Shown piece after piece: positions 1-10,037 of a DNA stretch of 64,000 nucleotides. The translations under genes were made by a program, and so were the position numbers. The stretch is from an uncultured Pseudomonadota bacterium (GTDB taxonomy: Bacteria; Vulcanimicrobiota; Vulcanimicrobiia; Eremiobacterales; Eremiobacteraceae), in NCBI GenBank assembly GCA_963736005.1, contig CAVTNB010000002.1:64001-128000 (forward strand), written 5' to 3'. Numbering within the stretch: the first letter of the stretch is position 1; the number at the start of each line of letters is the position of its first letter. Under the pieces are notes generated by a model. The model saw only the letters and a list, made by a program, of their open reading frames with translations, had not been told where the DNA came from and searched no databases.

Positions 1-500
1 CACAATTCAATGAGGCGCTTGCCAACGATGTGCAAGCGCTCGAAGTCCATCGATGCGTAAAGAAACTGGGTCGCAAGCGACGTGCGTCCGGTCGTGAAAG
101 TCACGTGCACCGGAGAATATTCAAGCTCCAGCCTGCGCTTCACCGCCTCGCGGCCACGAGCTAACCTCTCGAGGAGAAGCTTGACAGCGACCTGCCGCGG
201 CGCGAAATGACGGATTGCCTCTTCGCTTGGCTGCAGAACGAAATCGAGTGGGCGTTGCGGGTTTTCCGGTGTGGGTGCAACGTCGTGTTTGGTCGTAAAG
301 GGCAGATGCCGCAAGTCTCCCACGCTGCGAATCGAGCTCGGCCTAATTCGATGTTGATCGAAAAGCTTGCGATAGAACGGGCTAAATGGGTAGAGCTGCT
401 CGGTAATAAACCGGTGCAGTAACACATCGCGTTCGGCTTGCCAGTCTCGCCATGGACGTGTCGGGCGCCACTGCGGTGTGGCGCGCAGATTCTCGAGCAC
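1..500 (-). CDS. Phenylacetate-CoA ligase (PaaK)-family protein, N-terminal part; runs off window start
   Basis: Not in ORF track. Hand translation from GTG at 500 stays open to position 1: ...LYPFSPFYRKLFDQHRIRPSSIRSVGDLRHLPFTTKHD... The PFYRK..LPFTTK pattern is typical of PaaK N-termini. Divergent from an acyl-CoA dehydrogenase. Start uncertain. Confidence 0.7.
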   Translation of the reverse strand, partial: MLENLRATPQWRPTRPWRDWQAERDVLLHRFITEQLYPFSPFYRKLFDQHRIRPSSIRSVGDLRHLPFTTKHDVAPTPENPQRPLDFVLQPSEEAIRHFAPRQVAVKLLLERLARGREAVKRRLELEYSPVHVTFTTGRTSLATQFLYASMDFERLHIVGKRLIEL

Positions 501-595
501 GCGTTGGTATTGTGCGCACCGCTCGGCACGCCCTGGGTAGGAGCGCGGCGAGCTCGCGCGCAAGGGACGACAACCGCCTTGAGGAGGTCATGTCG

Positions 596-1768
596 ATGAC
601 GACCGTCGCTGCCGCACCTGAAGCATTGAATTTCGAACTTCCCGAAGATCTCAAACTGCTCAAACGCTCGCTCCGTGAGTTTGTCGAAAAAGAACTGTGG
701 CCACTCACAGATCAAGTTGAAGAGTCAGATGAGATTCCGAAAACCGCCATCGACAAAATGCGGGAGATGGGACTCTTTGGCTTGCCCTTTGCCGAAGAAT
801 ATGGCGGCGCGGGCATCGGCGAGCTAGGCTATTGCGTGGCCCTTGAAGAGTTCGGTCGCGCCAGCGCGGCATTCTCGAATCTTCTCGGTGCGCATTGCAG
901 CATCGGCGCCATGGCCGTGCACCTGGATGGCAGCAAGGAGCTCAAAGCTCGTTACATGCCCAAGCTCTGCACCGGCGAGAAGCTTGCGTGTTTTGCGCTT
1001 TCCGAACCGGGCGCCGGATCTGATGCAGCAAATATTACGACCTCGGCAAAGCGCGATGGGGACAGCTACGTTCTCAATGGCGTCAAACATTTTATTACGA
1101 GCGGTGATATCGCGGATTTCGCGAGCGTCTTCGCGGTGACCGATCCGGCGCTGGGTACTCGCGGGGGCATCACCGCATTGTGGGTCGACCTCAATGCGCC
1201 GGGCGTGACGCGTGGACCCAAAGACCGCAAGATGGGCCTGTATGGCAGCCACACCTGCGAACTCATTTTCCAAGACGCCAAAGTGCCAGCTGACCACGTC
1301 ATTGGAAAAGTCGGCACGGGCTTTGTCACCGCAATGAAGACGTTGGATATGGGCCGTTTGTCATTGGGAGCAGGCTGCGTCGGCAGTTCGCAGTTCATGC
1401 TCGACAAGTCGATCGCGTATGCAAAAGAACGGGTTCAGTTCGGCAAGCCGATCGCCAAGCAGCAAGCAGTGCAGTTCATGCTCGCCGACATGGCGACGGA
1501 GATCTTCGCTGCGCGTAATATGGTCTACCATGGCGCATGGAAGGCGGACCGAGGCGAGCGTTTCAGCATGGAGGCCGCCATGGCCAAGCGGTACTGCTCG
1601 GATATGGCTATCCACGTTGTTGACCGGACGCTGCAGATTCACGGCGGCAGCGGATTCATGAAGGAAACCGGTATCGAGCGAGTCTACCGCGATTCGCGCA
1701 TTCTCGCCATTTACGAGGGGACGAACGAAATCCAGCGCATGATCATCGCCGAAGAGTTGTTAAAGTAG
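596..1768 (+). CDS. Acyl-CoA dehydrogenase
   Basis: FALSEPGAGSDA, LNGVKHFIT, RVQFGKPI, QIHGGSG, IYEGTNEIQR motifs. SD GAGGAGG at 581-587 supports ATG 596 (or 590). Confidence 0.95.
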   Translation: MTTVAAAPEALNFELPEDLKLLKRSLREFVEKELWPLTDQVEESDEIPKTAIDKMREMGLFGLPFAEEYGGAGIGELGYCVALEEFGRASAAFSNLLGAHCSIGAMAVHLDGSKELKARYMPKLCTGEKLACFALSEPGAGSDAANITTSAKRDGDSYVLNGVKHFITSGDIADFASVFAVTDPALGTRGGITALWVDLNAPGVTRGPKDRKMGLYGSHTCELIFQDAKVPADHVIGKVGTGFVTAMKTLDMGRLSLGAGCVGSSQFMLDKSIAYAKERVQFGKPIAKQQAVQFMLADMATEIFAARNMVYHGAWKADRGERFSMEAAMAKRYCSDMAIHVVDRTLQIHGGSGFMKETGIERVYRDSRILAIYEGTNEIQRMIIAEELLK

Positions 1769-1769
1769 A

Positions 1770-2027
1770 TTATTTGGCGGCGGGAGCGAGGACGGTGATT
1801 GCGATCAGGCCGCCGACAATCGATACCGTGAAGATCACAAGGAATGCCCAGACAAAGACGCGGTACATTGCGTCCTTTTGCCGTTTCGTCATACGACGCA
1901 GGCCACTGCTCCACGACTTGCCCTTGGACGTCGGACGTTGCTTGCCTGACGGTGTGCGACCATTGCTCGGCTTGACGACGGTGCTTTTCACTTTTTCCTC
2001 TTGCGCGGACTTGTGGGTTTTGCCCAC
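1770..2027 (-). CDS. Small basic single-pass membrane protein
   Basis: Lys-rich N-terminus plus one C-terminal hydrophobic helix. GGAG precedes the GTG start. Fills the gap after rsfS. Confidence 0.6.
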   Translation of the reverse strand: MGKTHKSAQEEKVKSTVVKPSNGRTPSGKQRPTSKGKSWSSGLRRMTKRQKDAMYRVFVWAFLVIFTVSIVGGLIAITVLAPAAK

Positions 2028-2458
2028 AGCCGCTCCAAATTGTAGAATTCGCGCGCGGCTGGCGTGAAGACATGAACGATCACCGAACCGTAGTCAACCA
2101 ATATCCAATTCCCGTCGTTATACCCTTCCGTTCGAACGGGTGCTCCATACTTCATTTCTGATGCTTCCACGACGCTGTCAGCAATGGCGCGTACTTGAAT
2201 CACCGAGCGTCCCGTAGCGAGGACGAAATAATCCGCAAAGTTCGCACGACCACGAATATCGATCAGCGCCACATTCTCAGCCTTTTTCTCGATTGCAGCC
2301 TCGCGGCAGCGTTGGGCCAGATCGTTGACTTCCCGGTCAGTCAGGAGTGTCACGTGCTCGCGCGTGGACGCGATGCCATTGCTTCGTAATGGCGTTACGG
2401 CGAGCGAGAGCGCTTTGCGACCCGTTGCCGGCTCGCGCTTTTTAGGTGCGCGCTTCAC
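1988..2458 (-). CDS. rsfS: Ribosome silencing factor
   Basis: EKKAENV..ID, ADYFVLATG, WILVDYGSVIVHVF, REFYNLERLW. True start may be downstream. Confidence 0.95.
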   Translation of the reverse strand: MKRAPKKREPATGRKALSLAVTPLRSNGIASTREHVTLLTDREVNDLAQRCREAAIEKKAENVALIDIRGRANFADYFVLATGRSVIQVRAIADSVVEASEMKYGAPVRTEGYNDGNWILVDYGSVIVHVFTPAAREFYNLERLWAKPTSPRKRKK

Positions 2459-3065
2459 GCCGCTCCACCAATTGCTGATGCAGCACGAGCGTCAACGGCG
2501 CAACCACGATGCCATTGCTCTTCAAGTGTTCCATCGAAGATTCGATGCACGCCAACATTCCCTCATCGAGCGAACGGTCTGCCGCCTGCTCGAGCGTAGC
2601 GCGACCGGCAAAAGTGCGAGATGGTTCTATTGTGTCTGCAATATAGAGAATCTTTTGAAGATCCGACATGCCCGTGACGGCCACCGTGTGCCGCTCGATG
2701 GCTGCTAGCATATCGGGGTCGTTGATGCCGAAGCGATCGTGCGCGATATGGGCGCCGATGCGCGAGTGCAACAAAACCGGCGCGCGGCGCTCCGCTTCCG
2801 AGATCGGCACGTCGTGCGCCCGCGCGTAGTCGAAGAGCTCGTCTGCAGTCCACATGCGCGCGATGTCATGAATCAATGCCGCCACGCGGGCCTTTCGCGG
2901 CGAGCTGCCATATCGGCGAGCCAGGCGCTCGGCGGTTCTCGCAACCCCGAGGACGTGTCGATATCGGTCTTTGGGCAAATGTTCCCGTACGGCGCGGCAG
3001 ATGGCGAGTAGTTCGCTGGCTCCAGTGGGTCCGCAGTCATCCCGGGCGACGGGTTGATTCAGCAA
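2442..3065 (-). CDS. yqeK: HD-domain Ap4A hydrolase YqeK
   Basis: RYRHVLGV, AALIHDIA, LLH, HT, ILYIADTIEPSR; adjacent to rsfS. Confidence 0.9.
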   Translation of the reverse strand: MLNQPVARDDCGPTGASELLAICRAVREHLPKDRYRHVLGVARTAERLARRYGSSPRKARVAALIHDIARMWTADELFDYARAHDVPISEAERRAPVLLHSRIGAHIAHDRFGINDPDMLAAIERHTVAVTGMSDLQKILYIADTIEPSRTFAGRATLEQAADRSLDEGMLACIESSMEHLKSNGIVVAPLTLVLHQQLVERREART

Positions 3066-3571
3066 AGGCTCTCTTTCAGGGCTCTAAGTCGGTTTTGATA
3101 GATTTCGCCTTTGAGATTCCCGGCCCACATGACGAGCGCGTTCTCATCGTTGTCCGAATAGTAGCCTCGCCGAGTGCTGACGATGGTGAAGCCATACTTC
3201 TTATAAAGGTTCTGTGCTGCCACGTTCGACTCGCGCACTTCGAGCGTGATCCAGCGGGCGCCGCGCTCGATAGCTTCATCGATGAGGCGGATGAGGATTT
3301 GCTCGCCGAAGCGCTTTCGTTGGTACGTGGGTTCCACAGCAACCGTCGTGATATGCGCATCTTCCAGAATGACCCACAGGCCTCCGTAGCCCACGATGCG
3401 ATCGTCGAAGCGTCCGACGAAATAATGGGCGAGTTTATTATCGTTGAGCTCGTTGTGGAAAGCGTTGCGCGGCCACGGGGTGGTGAAGCACAGCGACTCA
3501 ACGTGCAACACCCTTGGAATGTCCTCGTTTTCCATGCGAGCGAGATCGAGGGTGCGCGGCGGGGCCTTCAT
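3059..3571 (-). CDS. rimI: Ribosomal protein S18 alanine N-acetyltransferase
   Basis: AHITTVAV, TLEVRESN..AQNLYKKYGF, RRGYYSDNDENALVM; follows tsaB. Confidence 0.93.
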   Translation of the reverse strand: MKAPPRTLDLARMENEDIPRVLHVESLCFTTPWPRNAFHNELNDNKLAHYFVGRFDDRIVGYGGLWVILEDAHITTVAVEPTYQRKRFGEQILIRLIDEAIERGARWITLEVRESNVAAQNLYKKYGFTIVSTRRGYYSDNDENALVMWAGNLKGEIYQNRLRALKESLC

Positions 3572-4257
3572 TGCGTCGTTGGTTCGCGGGCCAAAACTTC
3601 CGGCCCCCCTTGCGCGGACGCCCGGCGTTGCTCAAAACGTATGACCGCATTAGGTCGTTGGCCATAATCGATTGCGATGTTCGCCCAGGTCCGTTCCATT
3701 CCGAGTTCGAGCGCCCGGCGGGCAAGCTTGGCGACCGCTAAGGCAGCTTCACCCGGCGTGCGAACATTGAAATCCGGACCTACGATGGCGGCGGAGCGCG
3801 AAAAGCTGTGGGCCGCTTGCTCGATCGCCTCGCGACCTCCTTGCATGTAGTGGGGCGCTGAGTCTGAGTGGTCCATGGTGCGCGCGTAGTAGTATCCCAC
3901 CTTTCCGCGAGCGACGCTCACAAGCGGATAGGTCTGAACGCCAAAGGCGGCCACGTCGTATGACGAAACGCCAACGATTGGCACATCGCGCGCTTGTGCA
4001 AGACTTGTTGCAAATGCCACGCCTATCCGCAGGCCGGTAAATGACCCCGGACCCGTGCAAACCCCGATCAAGGAAAGGTCGGCAAGCGTCCCCTTGACTT
4101 CTTTGATACTGCGCGTGACAAGTTCAAGGAGAGATTCCAGCGCCGCGTCTTCGCTCGCGGCAGCCGTTTCCCGATCCCCTTGAAGCGCCGCCACTTCAAC
4201 GCCCGACGCAGTATAGATTGCCAGCACCATGCTCGTGGGATTGTCCGCTTCGCTCAC
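3568..4257 (-). CDS. tsaB: tRNA t6A biosynthesis protein TsaB
   Basis: GPGSFTGLRIG motif; lies between tsaE and rimI. Confidence 0.92.
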   Translation of the reverse strand: MSEADNPTSMVLAIYTASGVEVAALQGDRETAAASEDAALESLLELVTRSIKEVKGTLADLSLIGVCTGPGSFTGLRIGVAFATSLAQARDVPIVGVSSYDVAAFGVQTYPLVSVARGKVGYYYARTMDHSDSAPHYMQGGREAIEQAAHSFSRSAAIVGPDFNVRTPGEAALAVAKLARRALELGMERTWANIAIDYGQRPNAVIRFEQRRASAQGGPEVLAREPTTQ

Positions 4258-4263
4258 TGGACC

Positions 4264-4316
4264 TGTAGCGGGCGATTGGAAAATCGCCCCACGTACTAGC
4301 GGACCTTAGGTCCGCT
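4264..4316. repeat. Two adjacent REP-like hairpins (family B 4264-4290, family A 4298-4316)
   Basis: TGTAGCGGGCGATTggaaAATCGCCC and AGCGGACCttaGGTCCGCT. Both recur elsewhere in the window. The second contains the tsaE stop codon. Confidence 0.8.
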
Positions 4317-4788
4317 TCCTTTGGAAGGCTTCGAGCAGCGAGCGCGAGCGCGGACCTCCGGCTTTCAGGAAAGCGCGCCTCGCCTCGCCTTCGATCGTCA
4401 ACTCGATGTCGAGGGCGTCACTCGGCCAGAAATTAAAAGCCCGTTCGGGCCACTCGCACAGGGTAATGGCAGTTTCGCTGAGGTATTGCGAAAGATCAAG
4501 CTCCGCCACTTGCCTTTCGTCTTCCATGCGGTAAAGATCCAGATGCCACACGGGATGCCTGCCGCCCTCATGTGAATGGGCGATAACAAACGTTGGACTC
4601 GTGGCAGACTGAGCGCCGAGCGCTTTGACAAACCCGTCAACGAGCGTGGTCTTGCCTGCGCCGAGCGGGCCTCGTAGAAGAATGACGGTACTAGGCTCAC
4701 ATACCGCTGCGAGCCGAGCACCGAGCTCGCGTGTTGCCGCGGGTTCGGCCAGCGTCACCGAGACCGTTGTCGCATCAGCCATCACCAT
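4306..4788 (-). CDS. tsaE: tRNA t6A biosynthesis ATPase TsaE
   Basis: GPLGAGKTT, SPTF, HLDLYR, EW motifs. Confidence 0.95.
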   Translation of the reverse strand: MVMADATTVSVTLAEPAATRELGARLAAVCEPSTVILLRGPLGAGKTTLVDGFVKALGAQSATSPTFVIAHSHEGGRHPVWHLDLYRMEDERQVAELDLSQYLSETAITLCEWPERAFNFWPSDALDIELTIEGEARRAFLKAGGPRSRSLLEAFQRKRT

Positions 4789-4869
4789 CTTCGCTTACTT
4801 CAGCATCTACAAAACCCTCTCGGAGGGCGTTTTGGCGGGAGGCTAGCGCGCACGCAGCGAACTTTCTGA

Positions 4870-4878
4870 TGTTAAGAT
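4870..4878 (+). promoter_or_regulatory. Possible extended -10 element for gyrA
   Basis: TGtTAAGAT in the AT-rich divergent intergenic region, about 60 nt upstream of gyrA. Confidence 0.35.
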
Positions 4879-4892
4879 TTTTCCTACTTCCA

Positions 4893-4916
4893 GTAGGGCC
4901 GATTGTCAAATCGCCC
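4893..4916 (+). repeat. REP-like hairpin, family B (one stem mismatch)
   Basis: GTAGGGCCGATTgtcaAATCGCCC, similar to the 4264 and 11926 copies. Confidence 0.7.
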
Positions 4917-4936
4917 GTTGAGGAGACGTCCGGAAT

Positions 4937-7462
4937 TTGAGCCCGAAAGAAGGCACGCCACGCGACGGCCGCGACGGAAAAGCGCGCGGCGATATGACCT
5001 TCGAGACCTACGCCCACAGCACGCCATCAGAGCGTTTGCTCACCGTCAACGTCGAAGACGAAATGCGCCGCTCATACCTCGATTACGCCATGAGCGTGAT
5101 CGTCGCGCGAGCGCTTCCTGACGTCCGCGACGGCCTCAAGCCGGTGCACCGGCGCATCCTGTACGCCATGTCTCAGTTAGGGCTCAATCCCGACAAGCCG
5201 CACCGCAAGTGCGCGGGAACCGTCGGCGAGGTGCTCAAGAACTACCATCCGCACGGCGACATCTCCGTCTACGATGCACTCGTGCGTATGGCGCAAGACT
5301 TCAGCCTGCGTTACCCGCTCATCAACGGCCACGGCAATTTCGGATCTATTGACGGCGACCCGCCCGCAGCCATGCGATACACAGAGGCACGCTTGGCGCC
5401 AGTGGCGCTTGAAATGCTCGCCGACATTGACAAAGAGACGGTCGACTTTGTCCCCAATTACGACGCGTCGAGCCGCGAGCCGTCACTATTGCCTGCGCGC
5501 CTGCCCAACTTGCTCGTTAACGGCTCATCTGGCATCGCCGTGGGCATGGCGACGAACATTCCGCCGCACAATCTCACCGAGATCTGCGACGCAGTCTGCG
5601 CGCTCATCGACGATCGGGATCTCAAAGACAAAGAACTGCTTAAGATTGTGACCGGGCCCGATTTCCCAACCGGCGCGCTCATCTTAGGGCGGGAAGGAAT
5701 CCGCCAGAGCTATTTGACCGGCCGGGGCGCCATCACGATGCGCGCCAAGCATGAATTTGAGGAAATTCGAGGCGGTCGGCAAGCCATCATCGTCACGCAG
5801 ATTCCGTTCCAGCTTAACAAAACGAAGTTGATTGAAATCATCGCTGAATTGGTCACCAGTAAGCGCATCACGGGCATCGCTGACTTGCGTGACGAGAGCG
5901 ACCGCAAAGGCATGCGCCTCGTCATCGAACTCAAGCGCGAGGGACAACCGCAGCTCGTCCTCAACCAACTGTACAAACATTCGCCGCTGCAGTCGTCATT
6001 CGGGGTCAACAACGTCGCACTGGTCGATGGCCAGCCGCGCACGCTCACGCTCCGCCAAATATTGGATTACTACATCGAGCACCGCAAAGTGGTGGTCGTA
6101 CGGCGTTCGCAGTACGAGCTGCGCAAGGCCAAAGAGCGCGCGCACATTCTCGAGGGCTACCGCATTGCCCTCGACCACATCGATGCGATCATCAAGCTCA
6201 TTCGCGGATCTGAAACGACCGAAGAAGCCCGCGATGGCTTGATAAAAAAGTTCAAACTCACGGAGATCCAGGCCAACGCCATCCTCGATCTGCGCTTACA
6301 GCGCCTCGTCGCCCTCGAACGCCAGAAGATCGAAGACGAATATGTTGCCGTGCTGAAAACGATAGCCGGACTGGAAGAACTCTTGCGCAGCGAGCGCCGC
6401 ATCTATGCAGTGGTCAAAGACGAAGTTGTTGCGCTTAAAAAGAAGTACGGCGACAAGCGACGCACGCAGATCGTCGAGGCCGAAGGCGAGTTTGAGATCG
6501 AGGATCTCATCGCCGATACCGAAGTGGTCGTGACGGTCACCGCGGGTGGGTACATCAAGCGGGTGAACGCCGATACGTTCCGCGCGCAAAATCGCGGCGG
6601 CCGCGGCGTCATGGGGCTCGCCTTGAAGAAGGAAGACGTCGTGCGTCACATCTTCTCGGCGACGACGCACCAGCACGTCTTGTTCTTCACCAATCGCGGT
6701 CGCGTGCTGCGCTTGCGCGCGCATGAAATTCCAGATGCCTCCCGCCAAGCGCGCGGCACTGCCCTCGTCAACTTGCTGACGCTGCCCCCGGGCGAAACTG
6801 TCACGACGGTGTTGCCGGTGCGCAAGCTCGGCACCGAAGACTTCCTCGTTATGGTGACCAAGCGCGGCTACATCAAGAAGACGGCCTTGACCGAATTCGG
6901 CAACGTACGCCGGTCAGGACTCATCGCTATTAGCCTCATGCCCAACGATGAGCTTTTGAGTACCGTCCTCACGGACGGGAAGGCCGAACTCTTGCTAGCG
7001 ACCAGCGCGGGCTTCGCCATCCGCTTCGACGAGAAGACGGTGCGCCCCATGGGCCGCGCTAGCCGCGGCGTGCGCGCGGTCCGGCTTGGCCAGCGGGATG
7101 TCGTTCAGGCCCTCGACATCGTCGGCAAGGATCGCCGCGAAGTTTTGGTGATCACAAGCAAAGGATACGGGAAACGAACCGTCATCGATCTCTATCGAAA
7201 GACCAATCGCGGTGGCAAGGGAATCAAAGCATTCAACCGCACGGCAAAGAATGGGGAGATTGTCGATCAGTTCCTCGTCAAGCCGGACGACGAGATCATG
7301 CTCATCTCGGCGCACGGCATCGTCATCCGGATGAAGGTTTTTCAGATCCGCGAAACTGGGCGCTCAGCCCAGGGAGTCCGCGTGATGAAACTGGACGAAG
7401 GAGATTCCGTCATCGCGGCCGCGAATATCGGTCAACGGGCTGAAGAAGCCGAACGCCTCTAA
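4937..7462 (+). CDS. gyrA: DNA gyrase subunit A
   Basis: [21 protein letters not shown], catalytic AAMRYTE, GyrA-box QNRGGRG, pinwheel repeats. Start TTG 4937 or ATG 4994. Confidence 0.97.
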   Translation: MSPKEGTPRDGRDGKARGDMTFETYAHSTPSERLLTVNVEDEMRRSYLDYAMSVIVARALPDVRDGLKPVHRRILYAMSQLGLNPDKPHRKCAGTVGEVLKNYHPHGDISVYDALVRMAQDFSLRYPLINGHGNFGSIDGDPPAAMRYTEARLAPVALEMLADIDKETVDFVPNYDASSREPSLLPARLPNLLVNGSSGIAVGMATNIPPHNLTEICDAVCALIDDRDLKDKELLKIVTGPDFPTGALILGREGIRQSYLTGRGAITMRAKHEFEEIRGGRQAIIVTQIPFQLNKTKLIEIIAELVTSKRITGIADLRDESDRKGMRLVIELKREGQPQLVLNQLYKHSPLQSSFGVNNVALVDGQPRTLTLRQILDYYIEHRKVVVVRRSQYELRKAKERAHILEGYRIALDHIDAIIKLIRGSETTEEARDGLIKKFKLTEIQANAILDLRLQRLVALERQKIEDEYVAVLKTIAGLEELLRSERRIYAVVKDEVVALKKKYGDKRRTQIVEAEGEFEIEDLIADTEVVVTVTAGGYIKRVNADTFRAQNRGGRGVMGLALKKEDVVRHIFSATTHQHVLFFTNRGRVLRLRAHEIPDASRQARGTALVNLLTLPPGETVTTVLPVRKLGTEDFLVMVTKRGYIKKTALTEFGNVRRSGLIAISLMPNDELLSTVLTDGKAELLLATSAGFAIRFDEKTVRPMGRASRGVRAVRLGQRDVVQALDIVGKDRREVLVITSKGYGKRTVIDLYRKTNRGGKGIKAFNRTAKNGEIVDQFLVKPDDEIMLISAHGIVIRMKVFQIRETGRSAQGVRVMKLDEGDSVIAAANIGQRAEEAERL

Positions 7463-7482
7463 AGAATCAAGGAGAAAACCAC

Positions 7483-7818
7483 GTGAGTGACATGCTGCAA
7501 ATAGACCAAAATAATTTTCAAACGGAAGTGCTTCAGGCCGCCCCACCGGTGCTCGTGGATTTTTGGGCACCATGGTGCGGGCCGTGCCGCATGGTTGCTC
7601 CAATCGTGGATAAAATTGCCCAAACGTATGCCGGGCGGCTCAAAGTCGTCAAGCTCAACACCGATGACAGTCCGAGCATCGCCGGTAAGTACGAGGTCAG
7701 CGGGATCCCCGCGTTGATTCTCTTCAAGTCGGGCGAGCCGGTGGACCGAATTGTCGGCTACGTCCCTGAGAAACAACTCGCCGCGATGGTGGAGAAACAT
7801 CTCGCCCCCGTGGCGTAG
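7483..7818 (+). CDS. trxA: Thioredoxin
   Basis: VDFWAPWCGPCR; SD AAGGAG before GTG. Confidence 0.97.
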   Translation: MSDMLQIDQNNFQTEVLQAAPPVLVDFWAPWCGPCRMVAPIVDKIAQTYAGRLKVVKLNTDDSPSIAGKYEVSGIPALILFKSGEPVDRIVGYVPEKQLAAMVEKHLAPVA

Positions 7819-7830
7819 CACCGACGAGTC

Positions 7831-7848
7831 GCGCGAATGTCTTCGCGC
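7831..7848. repeat. REP-like hairpin, family C
   Basis: GCGCGAAtgtcTTCGCGC, similar to 20312, 29040 and 61753. Confidence 0.6.
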
Positions 7849-7864
7849 GCGAGATAACGCCAAT

Positions 7865-9235
7865 ATGGAAACGCCACAGCGCGACATCCCTCCGGTTCAC
7901 CGCTTCACGACGGATCCTGCCGTCGCAGCCTACGATGCCTTGCTTGGCCGCGCCAACGTCCGATCGCGCATTCAGGCAATCCTCGAAGAGGCGCGCACAT
8001 CGGCCGGCAGTGGCAATCGTATACCCACATTCGAAATGCTGCGCAGTGCGATGCTCGCGCAGCTCGCCGCGAGCCAGCTGAGCGATCTCGTTTCGGTCAT
8101 CAACGGCACGGGCGTCCTGCTGCACACGAACTTTGGACGAGCACCGCTCGCTGCGTCGGCACTCGCAAACGCAAGCGAGCTCGGCGCTGGCTACACGAAT
8201 CTCGAATACGACCTCGAGCAAGGCAAGCGAGGCAGCCGCTACGAGCGGGTCGCCATGCAGTTGCGCGAACTCTCCGGTGCGCAGGCCGCCCTTGTCGTCA
8301 ACAACTGCGCCGCCGCCATCTTGCTCGTGCTCGACACATTCGCCCACGATCGCGAGGTCGTCGTCAGCCGAGGGCAACTGATTGAAATCGGAGGCGGCTT
8401 CCGCTTGCCTGACGTTCTGCGCAAGAGTGGAGCCAAGCTCGTCGAAGTTGGTTCGACCAACAAGACCTATCCCCACGACTACCGCAATGGGTGGTCGGCA
8501 GCGACGGCGATGTTCATGCGCTCGCACCCCAGCAACTATCGCATTGAGGGGTTCACGGCGGACGTCGACTCAAAGACCGTGGCGGCGCTGGCCAACGAGA
8601 TGGGCATCATTTCCTTTGAAGACCTCGGCTCCGGAGCGTTCGTCAATTTCGAAGACTTCGGACTTCCACACGAACCAACCGTCGCCGAAGAAATCGCTGC
8701 CGGGTTCGATTTGGTTGCGGTTTCCGGCGACAAACTCTTGGGCGGCCCTCAGTGCGGCATCATCTGCGGCAAAGCGGACCTGGTCGAGACCATGAAGCGT
8801 AACCCGCTGCTTCGGGCGCTTCGAGTTGACAAGCTCACGCTCGCAGCGCTCTCTGCAACGCTGCGGCTTTACTTGGAACCCAACCGCCTGCGCGAGATTC
8901 CGCTCTTTGCGATGCTGCAGACGTCAACGACCGAGCTTCGCGAACGCGCCGTCGCTCTTTGCGACGCAACGCGAGCTGCGGTGCACCTCGAGCCATGTGA
9001 TACAGAGGCCACAACCGGCGGGGGGACGTTGCCGCTCGCTCGCATTCCTTCGGTTGGGATTGCCGTGAGCGCCGCCACCCACAAACCCGACCAAATCGCC
9101 GAGCGCTTGCGGAAGCACGTGCCACCAGTCGTCGGACGGGTGGAAGAAACGGCTTTGGTCATCGATCTGCGCACGGTATTGCCAAAGGAAGACCGGGCGC
9201 TCGCACACGCTTTGGGAAGTCTCTTTTCTGAGTGA
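7865..9235 (+). CDS. selA: L-seryl-tRNA(Sec) selenium transferase
   Basis: INGTGVLLHTNFGRAPL, NLEYDLEQGKRGSR, VVNNCAAA, SRGQLIEIGGGFR, EDLGSG, PLP lysine in SGDKLLGGPQ, RALRVDK. Confidence 0.97.
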   Translation: METPQRDIPPVHRFTTDPAVAAYDALLGRANVRSRIQAILEEARTSAGSGNRIPTFEMLRSAMLAQLAASQLSDLVSVINGTGVLLHTNFGRAPLAASALANASELGAGYTNLEYDLEQGKRGSRYERVAMQLRELSGAQAALVVNNCAAAILLVLDTFAHDREVVVSRGQLIEIGGGFRLPDVLRKSGAKLVEVGSTNKTYPHDYRNGWSAATAMFMRSHPSNYRIEGFTADVDSKTVAALANEMGIISFEDLGSGAFVNFEDFGLPHEPTVAEEIAAGFDLVAVSGDKLLGGPQCGIICGKADLVETMKRNPLLRALRVDKLTLAALSATLRLYLEPNRLREIPLFAMLQTSTTELRERAVALCDATRAAVHLEPCDTEATTGGGTLPLARIPSVGIAVSAATHKPDQIAERLRKHVPPVVGRVEETALVIDLRTVLPKEDRALAHALGSLFSE

Positions 9236-9990
9236 AACACAGACCCGCTTTTTGCAGTAGACCTGCCGTGAAGTTTCTTCCTTGGCTGCTCGTCGCAATG
9301 GCTCTCGCGTCGGGTTGCAGCTCCGCAGAGCGCCTCTCGGGCGCCCCTGGCCCCGAGGCGCACTTTCAAACGCGGCTGAGCGCAAATCAAGCGGTCTCGC
9401 TCGAAATCTCTCCAATGTTGGGGGCGGACGTTGCCGTTGTGGGCTCGAGCGACCTACAGGTGCAACTCGACGCGGTCCCATTGAATGACTATTCAGGCGT
9501 CAAGCTCACGCCGTCGGTCAACTCCGGTTGGCTCCGGCTTCGACTCGACCCCTCGGGGTCTGGTCAACGCTCTTTCAACTGGTTGTTTCGCCATCACGCC
9601 GAAGCAAGAATAACGTTGCGCGTGCCGCATCTGGCCACCGTGGCGATCAATGGCGTTAACGGTCCGGTGCGAGTTGATGGCGTGAACGGACCACTCAGCG
9701 TCAAAATTGTCAACGGCGCGATCGAGGTGAACGGCGCCGGCACCATGCTCTCGCTTCATTTGGTCAATGGACCAATCGACGCGAGCATCACCGATCTCTC
9801 GCGCGTGCCAAATATTAGCATCGCGGCCACGAACGGTTCTATCGACGTCACAGTGCCTAGGGGGTTCAAAGCCAGGGTGAGTGCGCAGACCTTGCTAGGC
9901 CCGCTTGATCAACAGGTCAACGATGCCGCAGCGCCCGGAATCGTCAATATTCGTCTCGTCGCAGGTCCAGTCGCGATAGAAGAGCGCTGA
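9232..9990 (+). CDS. DUF4097/adhesin-like beta-repeat lipoprotein
   Basis: Lipobox-like LASGC and repeated xVNGxI motifs. GTGA overlap with the selA stop; alternative start GTG 9268. Confidence 0.75.
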   Translation: MKHRPAFCSRPAVKFLPWLLVAMALASGCSSAERLSGAPGPEAHFQTRLSANQAVSLEISPMLGADVAVVGSSDLQVQLDAVPLNDYSGVKLTPSVNSGWLRLRLDPSGSGQRSFNWLFRHHAEARITLRVPHLATVAINGVNGPVRVDGVNGPLSVKIVNGAIEVNGAGTMLSLHLVNGPIDASITDLSRVPNISIAATNGSIDVTVPRGFKARVSAQTLLGPLDQQVNDAAAPGIVNIRLVAGPVAIEER

Positions 9991-10037
9991 CCGCTTCTCC
10001 GGAAGAGGCGCTGCGTCGGAGCACGGTTTTTTTTCTT

